Shown here: piece by piece, positions 10,119 to 17,674 of the stretch
Layout: every line of letters starts with the position of its first letter
Position numbering within the stretch: the first letter of the stretch is position 1
Virus record (IMG/VR): IMGVR_UViG_3300023181_000004
Coordinates: 19,297-83,296 of that record
Origin: a virus
Direction: 5' to 3' (one strand)
DNA: 64,000 nt
The notes under the pieces: model-generated
What the model saw: only the letters and a program-made list of their open reading frames with translations
The model's database searches: none
What the model was told of the DNA's origin: nothing
Position numbers and translations under genes: made by a program

Positions 10119-10134
10119 ACCTCCGGAGATTAAG

Positions 10135-10470
10135 ATGAACGACGATCAGATGATCGACCTGCGTCTTTCGCGGCGTGATGCAGGCCGTCTGCTTGTCGGT
10201 GTGCGTGAACGCCGCCGCAAGCTCGAACGCGGCCTTGAGAAGTTCAAGGACAACTTCGACGAAGCGCTGGGTACCAATATGCGGGAGAGCTTCACCGCGT
10301 ATTCGGCCCTCGAACAAGTCCTCAAGGAGGCTATGGATGCGAACGATCATACATGTTGCGCAGGACGCGATCCGCGCGAATACGAAGGACGGCGGGATGC
10401 GCCCGGCGATTATCGTCCGACGGGGACGCAAACCCGAGCGCCACAGCACCGTCAACATCACAGCGCCTGA
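10135..10470 (+). CDS. Hypothetical protein
   Basis: GGAG RBS; 3' part overlaps the next gene. Confidence 0.5.
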   Translation: MNDDQMIDLRLSRRDAGRLLVGVRERRRKLERGLEKFKDNFDEALGTNMRESFTAYSALEQVLKEAMDANDHTCCAGRDPREYEGRRDAPGDYRPTGTQTRAPQHRQHHSA

Positions 10471-10582
10471 CGGCACGATCGTCGGCACGTTCCACTATCA
10501 GCCCCACCAGCCGCTCTCCTGCGGTGCCCGCGTGTGGCTCGAACTGGCGGAGGGCTACGATGCGACACCCGATACTGTGTGA
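10337..10582 (+). CDS. Small phage protein (IIHV..PLSCGARVWLE)
   Basis: AGGAGG RBS; motif resembles a small phage protein family. Confidence 0.65.
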   Translation: MRTIIHVAQDAIRANTKDGGMRPAIIVRRGRKPERHSTVNITAPDGTIVGTFHYQPHQPLSCGARVWLELAEGYDATPDTV

Positions 10583-10823
10583 CACCTGCGAAGGCCTCGG
10601 GCGCGTCAATCCCGATGCGTTCAGCGATCGCACCTTCCGCTGCCACAACGGATGCACGAATGGCTATTTCGAGGCGACCGCCGTCGATCTCGACGGCAAG
10701 CGCGCCCGCTATCGCTACGTCACCGGCTGGCTGTGGATCTGGAAGGGTGTCCTCTGTCTCGAAAACGACGAGGGCGATCTCATCGTGAACCTCCAGCCCG
10801 AGGACGTCGAGGTATTGCCATGA
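10560..10823 (+). CDS. Small zinc-finger-like protein (CDTCEGLG..CHNGCTNG)
   Basis: DnaJ-type CxxCxGxG motif; GGAGG upstream. Confidence 0.55.
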   Translation: MRHPILCDTCEGLGRVNPDAFSDRTFRCHNGCTNGYFEATAVDLDGKRARYRYVTGWLWIWKGVLCLENDEGDLIVNLQPEDVEVLP

Positions 10824-11032
10824 AGCTGCTCCCGATCATCGATGACACGCCCGTGCCGCACGATTATCCGCGGCGGCTCTGGCGCTATCGAGTGATGCAC
10901 ACCGGCCGCCGTGACGACGAGTTCGTGTGGGCACGATCGTCCGGCGCCGCCCGCTACGCCGCGGCCAAGCGCCATCACCCGCTGAACGCGATCTACTATG
11001 CGGGCGGCTATCGAGCATGGAGAGAACCATGA
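10820..11032 (+). CDS. Hypothetical protein
   Basis: ATGA overlaps at both ends. Confidence 0.55.
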   Translation: MKLLPIIDDTPVPHDYPRRLWRYRVMHTGRRDDEFVWARSSGAARYAAAKRHHPLNAIYYAGGYRAWREP

Positions 11033-11559
11033 AGACTTTCACGATCACCGTGGGCCTACCCGGCTCGGGCAAGTCGACCTACGCCGATAAGCATTTTCGT
11101 CACGCCTTGCGTCTTGAGCGCGATCGGATGCGTGAGTGCCTGTTTGGCGATCGCCAGCGCTATCACGGTGAGCTGGCCACCAAGCCTGATCTTGCACTTC
11201 TGGTTGGGCCGACGATGCACAAGGCGATGCTCACTGCGATGCAGCATCGCATCTACGACGACATCATCTTGTCGGATACCGGGTTGGCGTGGGCCGCCGT
11301 TGCGCAGTTCCATAAAGCCGCCCGCAGCTTCGACATGGCCGTGAATGTGGTCTATTTCGATCTGACGTGGGGCGAGATTGTCGATCGCAATGCGACGAGG
11401 CCGAAGGAGCATCAGGTGCCGATGACGGTGCTCGAACGCTTCTGGCGAATGCAGCACGCCATGCCGCTCGGCGACGAAGTCAACGAGCAGTGGTGGCTCA
11501 ACCCGCGCAAGGTCAATCACCTGATCCGGATCAATGCGAAGGGAGAGATCTGTGGCTAA
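11029..11559 (+). CDS. AAA_33 / polynucleotide kinase-like P-loop kinase (kinase domain only)
   Basis: TVGLPGSGKST Walker A, RDRMR, IILSDT, RNATR..VP lid. Confidence 0.75.
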   Translation: MKTFTITVGLPGSGKSTYADKHFRHALRLERDRMRECLFGDRQRYHGELATKPDLALLVGPTMHKAMLTAMQHRIYDDIILSDTGLAWAAVAQFHKAARSFDMAVNVVYFDLTWGEIVDRNATRPKEHQVPMTVLERFWRMQHAMPLGDEVNEQWWLNPRKVNHLIRINAKGEICG

Positions 11560-11716
11560 AGGCAAGAATGCGGCCAAGAACGGCCACCATCGCGAATATT
11601 GGAGCTGGCGACCATTCTCCGGTTGGGGGTGGTCGAAGTGGGTCAAGGTCATGACGCATCGGCAGGAACGCCGCGTCATTGCCAAGCGCGAAATCAAGGA
11701 GCAGCTCGATGGCTAG
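11552..11716 (+). CDS. Small basic hypothetical protein
   Basis: GGAGA RBS, GTG start. Confidence 0.45.
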   Translation: MAKGKNAAKNGHHREYWSWRPFSGWGWSKWVKVMTHRQERRVIAKREIKEQLDG

Positions 11717-12404
11717 AATTTTGATCGCCTGCGAATATAGCGGGCGCACCCGCGAGGCGTTCCGCAAGCGCGGTCACGATGCGTGGAGCGTAGATATTCT
11801 CCCCGCCGAGGACAACTCGCCGTGGCACATTATTGCCGACGTGTTCGATATGATCGCCAACACCGAGCCGTGGGATCTGATGATTGCCCACCCGCCCTGC
11901 ACCTATCTCGCCAACAGCGGCGCACGGTGGCTCTATCGTGACGTTCCCTGCTATGCGAGCCACGAAAGCACGCACCATGACGATGTGCGTAGCGAACCCG
12001 ATCCGGATCGCTTCCGAAAGATGGAGGCCGGTGCCAAGTTCTTCGCCGATCTGCTCCTCGCACCGATCCCCAAGATCGCCATCGAGAACCCAGTCATGCA
12101 TGGTACTGGCAAGCGCGCAATCGAGCGATATCTGGTCAACGCTGGTCGTGTCGGGATGCCAAAGACGCGTTTTGTTCAGCCGTGGTGGTTCGGCGACGAG
12201 GCATTTAAGGCGACGGGTTTTACTTTGAAAAACTTGCCGCCGCTGGTCAAGCCCAAGACCGCGCTGATCCCGCCCAAGCCCGGCACGCCCGAGCACAAGG
12301 CATGGTCGGTCATTCACAACGCCTCCCCCGGTCCCGACCGGTGGAAGGACCGTAGCCGGACGTTTCCCGGCATCGCCGCCGCGATGGTGGAAACATGGGG
12401 TTAA
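11709..12404 (+). CDS. Phage-type DNA cytosine-5 methyltransferase
   Basis: ILIACEYSG..DAWSVDILP, WDLMIAHPPC (catalytic PC), IAIENP, RSRTFPGIA. Confidence 0.8.
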   Translation: MARILIACEYSGRTREAFRKRGHDAWSVDILPAEDNSPWHIIADVFDMIANTEPWDLMIAHPPCTYLANSGARWLYRDVPCYASHESTHHDDVRSEPDPDRFRKMEAGAKFFADLLLAPIPKIAIENPVMHGTGKRAIERYLVNAGRVGMPKTRFVQPWWFGDEAFKATGFTLKNLPPLVKPKTALIPPKPGTPEHKAWSVIHNASPGPDRWKDRSRTFPGIAAAMVETWG

Positions 12405-12408
12405 GCTG

Positions 12409-12900
12409 ATGTTCCTCTACTGGCTTCCTTTCCAGCGTCGCTACGTGCATCGCCTCTCCGACATCCCCAAGGGCGTCGAGAGCGAACGCATCGACGTCCC
12501 CACGGACACCACCGGGCTGATGGCCTACCTCAACGACCTTACTCAACGGCAGGACGTTGCTCATGTCGATCCGCAACCCGATGGCACCGTTCGTGTCGTT
12601 GATGACGTCGGTGCCGAGTTTGTAGGCGACCGCAAGGCGGTTATCGAATGGCTGAACGCTGGATTGGACGAGGAAGACGTTCCCGATCGGGAACATTCCG
12701 ATCCTAAACCCCCGCCTCCGCCCCCGATTGTTCCCGATCGGGAACGTCCGATGGACGCAGGAGCGATCCTGTCCCGCATCGATAGCCCTGGCGTCAACGT
12801 CGAGGGCGTGGTCGAGGCGATCGGCAAGGCCAAGGGCTATGCACTGCGGCGCTATGCCGGCGCGGTCGCTGTCCGTTTTCAAGAACTCGAAAAGATCTAG
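12409..12900 (+). CDS. Hypothetical protein with a Pro-rich linker
   Basis: ORF fits packing. Confidence 0.6.
   Translation: MFLYWLPFQRRYVHRLSDIPKGVESERIDVPTDTTGLMAYLNDLTQRQDVAHVDPQPDGTVRVVDDVGAEFVGDRKAVIEWLNAGLDEEDVPDREHSDPKPPPPPPIVPDRERPMDAGAILSRIDSPGVNVEGVVEAIGKAKGYALRRYAGAVAVRFQELEKI
12679..12745. repeat. Two copies of the perfect 16-bp palindrome GTTCCCGATCGGGAAC (12679-12694, 12730-12745)
   Basis: Read directly from sequence. Confidence 0.9.
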
Positions 12901-12963
12901 AACTCCAAATTCCTCGAAAAAATTTTGCGGGGATTTTGGACTTTTTCAACAGGAGGGAAAGTT

Positions 12964-13218
12964 ATGCCGAACTTTAAGTTCAGTTTCGCGCGAGACTACA
13001 CCATCCGCGAAGGTTTCGAGCGTGTCATCGAAGCAGATACGCTTGAGAAAGCACAAGAGATCGCTAATCGCTTGGCCGAAGAGTTCAATCACGATTGTCC
13101 GGACGATTGTTCGGAGTCGGACGGTGGTGAAGGCGGGGATTTTGAAACGTCCTGTCCGCCGTCGTATCAAAATATCAACGAGAAGCCGGACTATAACTCC
13201 GAAGGAGAAGAGCTGTGA
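12964..13218 (+). CDS. Small acidic hypothetical protein
   Basis: AGGAGG RBS; lower GC. Confidence 0.6.
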   Translation: MPNFKFSFARDYTIREGFERVIEADTLEKAQEIANRLAEEFNHDCPDDCSESDGGEGGDFETSCPPSYQNINEKPDYNSEGEEL

Positions 13219-14363
13219 CCATCGCATTTGAACTCGTCCGCGACGACAGCGTGGATGTCTATGCCGGGCCAGTGCTTTACAAGCTCGACAGCCTTGGCAA
13301 GCTGCGGACGTGGCAAATGGAGCTGACAGGCCTCGGTCACTACCGCACCCTCGCCGGCCTCGCCGACGGCAAGCAGGCCACCAGCGGCTGGACGATCCCC
13401 ATCGCCAAGAGCTGCCCGACCGTGAAGGACCAGGGCGAGTTCGAGGTGCGCAGCCAGTACAAGCACCAGCTCGACCGCGAATATCATCTGACCGCCGACA
13501 CTGTCGGTACGCCCAAGATGATCGAGCCAATGCTCGCCAAGACCTACGACAAATTCCCCGGCCCCGGCACCCTCGATCCCAAGTTCGACGGCATCCGCTG
13601 CATCGCCGACGTGAACGGCCTGTGGACCCGTCAGGGGCAGCCAATCACCGCCGTGCCGCATCTACACGCCGTGCTGGCCGCCGCGTTCGAGAAATATCCG
13701 GACGCGATCTTCGACGGTGAGCTGTATAACCACGACCTGCGCGAGGACTTCGGCGCGATCAGCTCGATCGTCCGCAAGAAGAACCCGACGGTCGAGCAGC
13801 TGGAGCTGGCCGAGAAGGTCATGCAATACCACATCTACGATCTGGTGAGCGGCACGGGCGACCGTAGCGAACGCAAGCGGCAGGCGTGGGACATTCTGCA
13901 TGACACCGACGTGCCGCTCGGCTGGATCCACATCGTCATGGGCAAGCGGATCGAGAGCGAGGTACAGCTCAAGCAAGAATATGGCGAGGCGATCGGTAAC
14001 GGCTACGAGGGCGGCATTTTCGCGCCGGATGGCTACAAATATGAGCTGGGCCGGCGATCGAAGGGCCTGCTCAAGATGAAGGACTTCATCACCAAGGAGT
14101 TCAAGCTCCTACGTCTCGAAGAGGGCAAGGGCAACTGGGCCGGTGCGATCAAGCGTGCGATCCTGCAGAACGACGAGGGCGAGTGCGGTGAGTTCGGCGC
14201 CGGCATCCGCGGCAGCTATGCAGCGGGTGTGGCGCTGCTTGGTGAAACGGCTCGGATCAACGAGAAGTCCACGGCCACCGTGCGCTTCTTCATGCGGTCC
14301 CCGGATGGCGTGCCGCGGTTCCCCGTGGTGGTCGACATTCAGCTGGACGGACGGGTCGACTAA
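13215..14363 (+). CDS. lig: ATP-dependent DNA ligase
   Basis: PMLAK, KFDGIRC (KxDG), FDGELY, YHIYD, GYEGGI, LLKMK, PRFP. Confidence 0.9.
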   Translation: MTIAFELVRDDSVDVYAGPVLYKLDSLGKLRTWQMELTGLGHYRTLAGLADGKQATSGWTIPIAKSCPTVKDQGEFEVRSQYKHQLDREYHLTADTVGTPKMIEPMLAKTYDKFPGPGTLDPKFDGIRCIADVNGLWTRQGQPITAVPHLHAVLAAAFEKYPDAIFDGELYNHDLREDFGAISSIVRKKNPTVEQLELAEKVMQYHIYDLVSGTGDRSERKRQAWDILHDTDVPLGWIHIVMGKRIESEVQLKQEYGEAIGNGYEGGIFAPDGYKYELGRRSKGLLKMKDFITKEFKLLRLEEGKGNWAGAIKRAILQNDEGECGEFGAGIRGSYAAGVALLGETARINEKSTATVRFFMRSPDGVPRFPVVVDIQLDGRVD

Positions 14364-14407
14364 AGACTTCGAGCGTTGTATGGGGCAGGTATAACAGGAG
14401 AACTATT

Positions 14408-14635
14408 ATGGCTGATGCACCTGCCCCCGCCGCGCCGAAGGCGCAGTCCGAGTTCAAGGTGACCGATGTCGCCGACGGCAAGGCGTTCCTCGTGCTCGAT
14501 GACGGTCGTCATATCGTGGCGACGATCAAGGACGGCGTCGAGGGCGTGAAGCGCCACTCGAAGGTCGCGATTACGAGCGACGGCCTCGATAAGGAAGGCG
14601 CCCCCAAGGACGCCGTCGTGGTCAAGGTGCTGTGA
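14408..14635 (+). CDS. Small hypothetical protein
   Basis: AGGAGA RBS; strong codon bias. Confidence 0.65.
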   Translation: MADAPAPAAPKAQSEFKVTDVADGKAFLVLDDGRHIVATIKDGVEGVKRHSKVAITSDGLDKEGAPKDAVVVKVL

Positions 14636-14684
14636 AGCGCCTCCCCATCAAGGATGACTAGAAATCATCACCCAAGCTTCTAAC

Positions 14685-14712
14685 AAAAGACCTCCCGATT
14701 GGGAGGTCTTTC
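14685..14712. terminator. Intrinsic terminator, possibly bidirectional
   Basis: AAAAGACCTCCC-GATT-GGGAGGTCTTT. Confidence 0.7.
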
Positions 14713-14731
14713 ATGTCCAATGGAGATCCAG

Positions 14732-15709
14732 ATGAAACCCGTCCTGCAACTCGTGCGGATCAAGCACGGCTCCCACCTCTACGGCACCGCGACGCTCTCG
14801 TCCGATCAGGATTTCAAGGGCGTCCACCTGCCGTCCGGCGAGGCCATTCTCATGCAGCGCGCCGAGAACGTCATCAATACCGGCGTAGTTTCAAAGGAAG
14901 GGACAAAGAACACTGCGGACGCGATCGACAGCGACAGTTATTCGGTCCAGAAGTTCTACGAAATGCTTTGCAAGGGTGACACCGTCGCTACCGAGATCCT
15001 CTTTGCGCCACCCGAGGCGATCGTCGAGGAGCATCCGCTATGGGGTCAGGTGCAGGCCACCGGCAAGCTCCTGCTGAACCGCCAGTGCAAGGGCTTCGTC
15101 GGCTATTGCGTGCGGCAAGCCGCCAAGTACGGCATCAAGGGTTCGCGCATGTCCGCCGTCAAGGACGTGCTGACTGTCCTGAGCACGTTGCGGCTTGGGC
15201 GCGTCAACACCACCAAGCTGTCAGCAATCGAGCGCGAGCTGCACGACTGGTCCGCTGGCCGCGAGCACGTCGAATGGGAGAACATTCCCAACCCGAACGG
15301 CTCGGACAACTGGCATCTCAACGTCTGCGACCGCAAGATGCCCATGACGGTCACGATTGACGAGGCCTATAAGGTCTGGTCGAAGGTGTGGGAGAACTAC
15401 GGCGAACGTGCTCGGCAGGCGATGACCAATGAAGGGATAGATTGGAAGGCCGTGAGCCATGCCATGCGCGTCGCCGGGCAGGCGCAGGAGCTGCTCGTGT
15501 CGGGAAAAATCACCTTCCCCCGCCCCGACGCCGGCTATCTGCTCGCGATCAAGCAAGGCAAGCTCCCCTACGCCGACATTAGCGGTGAACTGGAGTGGGC
15601 GGTGCAGCATGTGCAGCGCCTGTCGGAGACCAGTTCCCTGCCCGAGAAGTCGGACCACAAGTTGGCTGATCGCTCGGTCCTCGACCTCCACTGGCTTCAA
15701 CTCAAATAG
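14732..15709 (+). CDS. Pol-beta-superfamily nucleotidyltransferase (RlaP/YcgL-like phage family)
   Basis: HGSHLYGTATLSSDQDFKGV; QAAKYGIKGSR; DWKAVSHAMR..FPRP..IKQG. Confidence 0.8.
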   Translation: MKPVLQLVRIKHGSHLYGTATLSSDQDFKGVHLPSGEAILMQRAENVINTGVVSKEGTKNTADAIDSDSYSVQKFYEMLCKGDTVATEILFAPPEAIVEEHPLWGQVQATGKLLLNRQCKGFVGYCVRQAAKYGIKGSRMSAVKDVLTVLSTLRLGRVNTTKLSAIERELHDWSAGREHVEWENIPNPNGSDNWHLNVCDRKMPMTVTIDEAYKVWSKVWENYGERARQAMTNEGIDWKAVSHAMRVAGQAQELLVSGKITFPRPDAGYLLAIKQGKLPYADISGELEWAVQHVQRLSETSSLPEKSDHKLADRSVLDLHWLQLK

Positions 15710-16122
15710 TTAATTGCTGCTTGAAGTCTAGCAACATCGTCTTTGAATAAACCCAAGGCGGTGTTGCAGTTGCTGCACAATAGCCCGCGAACTCGACCAG
15801 TGGTGTGGCAGTGATCGATGTGTGGAGTTTTGATAAACGGATCTAAACAGATGGAGCAGCAGCCTTTCTGCTTATCAAACATCTGTAGGTATGCAGCTTG
15901 CGTCCACCCATATAGGCGTCGCAGATCACCTTCACGTTGAAGCCGAACAACCTCACCGCTATTCAGTGATACATAGTTTCGACGATGATATTTGCTGCAG
16001 TCGCAGCACATCCGAGTCGAAACCAACCGAAGCGAAAGGTGACCATGACAGCATGGTTGGCCAGTGAAATAATGGCGAAGGCCCTTGGCCTTCGCGTCTT
16101 TGCGAGATATGATTTCATTCAT
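15697..16122 (-). mobile_element. Free-standing endonuclease VII-like HNH homing endonuclease
   Basis: QKGCCSIC..HIDHCHTTGRVRGLLCSNCN; antisense to neighbours; visibly lower GC. Confidence 0.8.
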
Positions 16123-16202
16123 CGGTCTGCCCAATCAGATCGTAGGTCGACGGACGCGCCAACGTCCGTCGACCACCTTATCCAAACATCAGGAGATCCA
16201 CA

Positions 16203-16955
16203 ATGTCTATCAATCCGAATGGACTAATTCTATGGGAAGGCCCCTCCGCTATCGACGACGCACCAATCGTTGTCATCGCCACCGGCATCAAGCAGGGGTC
16301 GACCAATGGCAAAACCGGCCAGATGATCCAGACATACATTCTTCGCCGTGATATGCCTCCGCAGGAGGCGATCAGCACCGGCGCCGATGCGTCGATCTGC
16401 GGAGGCTGCGCCCACCGCGGCGACGGCACGGGCAAGGAGCGCTCGTGCTATGTGGTCATCTTCCAGGGGCCGCGCGGCGTCTATATGGCGTACAAGCGCG
16501 GCAGCTACGCCAAGGCCGAGTTCAATATGGATCTTGTCGAGCTGGGCAAGGACCGGATGGTTCGCCTCGGTGCGTATGGCGACCCCGCCGCGGCCCCGGC
16601 CAGCGTGTGGCAGCACCTGCTCAAGTTCGCGAAGGGCAGCACCGGTTACACTCATCAATATCGCAACCCCGCGATCGACGCGACGGTGTGGGCACCGCTC
16701 GTGATGGCTTCGGCGGACAGCGAGCAGGACATGCACGACGCACATGGCATGGGCTACCGCACTTTCCGGGTTGCACCAATCGGCGCTGAGCCTATCAAGG
16801 GTCTTGAAATCCTCTGTCCGGCATCGGAGGAAGCAGGTCGCAAGACAACCTGCGAAGATTGCCGGGCGTGTGGCGGCACTCGTGCCAAAGCGCGTGTCTC
16901 GGTAATGATCCCGGCCCACGGGGTCGGAAAGCGATACGTCAGTGTCGACCAGTGA
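16203..16955 (+). CDS. Cys-rich phage protein (possible Fe-S / radical-SAM-like fold)
   Basis: NGKTG, ICGGC..SCYV, RLGAYGDP, GYTH, ASAD, CPAS..CEDCRAC. Confidence 0.55.
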   Translation: MSINPNGLILWEGPSAIDDAPIVVIATGIKQGSTNGKTGQMIQTYILRRDMPPQEAISTGADASICGGCAHRGDGTGKERSCYVVIFQGPRGVYMAYKRGSYAKAEFNMDLVELGKDRMVRLGAYGDPAAAPASVWQHLLKFAKGSTGYTHQYRNPAIDATVWAPLVMASADSEQDMHDAHGMGYRTFRVAPIGAEPIKGLEILCPASEEAGRKTTCEDCRACGGTRAKARVSVMIPAHGVGKRYVSVDQ

Positions 16956-17406
16956 GCGCGACGGCGCGATAGCACGCCGCACTGCCCGCATCAGCGAGCA
17001 CATCCGAAGCGGCAAGACGGTCGGTGAGATCTGCGATATCGAAGGTCTCGATCCTGCCAATGAACCGAAGCGGATGCGCCGGGAGGTGGCCGACCCGCAG
17101 GGGTTGGTCATCGTCTCTGGTCGCAACGAGGCACAGCCGGTCGGTCTCATGGACATCGACCGGCTGATCCGCGGCAATCTCAAGCGCAAACTCGTGCTCC
17201 TTCGCGATCGCCACCACTATGCCGACGTCGCGCAGATGGTGGGGCTGACCAACATCGAACAGAAACGAGCGATCGACCCGCCCTACACCCACAACTGGAC
17301 GCTCGCGCAGATCCAGCGGCTCGCGGTGGCGAGCAAGATGACCTTCGAGGAGATGTTGAGCTTCATGCAGACGCCCTACGCCGCAGATTTTAGGAAGAAG
17401 ATATGA
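16942..17406 (+). CDS. Hypothetical protein, possibly DNA-binding
   Basis: Overlap coupling with neighbours. Confidence 0.55.
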   Translation: MSTSERDGAIARRTARISEHIRSGKTVGEICDIEGLDPANEPKRMRREVADPQGLVIVSGRNEAQPVGLMDIDRLIRGNLKRKLVLLRDRHHYADVAQMVGLTNIEQKRAIDPPYTHNWTLAQIQRLAVASKMTFEEMLSFMQTPYAADFRKKI

Positions 17407-17636
17407 CCGCTGTAATTTTTGAAGTGGGAAAGCCGTATTGGGAGATCGCCAAGCGCTTCCACACCCATCGCGCCACGTCCAAGATGATCGGGCCAACGGC
17501 GGTGCGCGATATGGAACGTCTCCAAAACGAGACGCACTCCGATGCGGTGCGCAAACGGATCAGCGGATTTATCACGCGCAACCGCACGAAACCACCCGGT
17601 AGTCTTCCACCTAACGATGGACCACGATATGCCTGA
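17403..17636 (+). CDS. Hypothetical protein
   Basis: ATGA overlap. Confidence 0.45.
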   Translation: MTAVIFEVGKPYWEIAKRFHTHRATSKMIGPTAVRDMERLQNETHSDAVRKRISGFITRNRTKPPGSLPPNDGPRYA

Positions 17637-17674
17637 CGGGTAGCAAGGTCGTCCACTTTCTCTGGAGACCTTGC

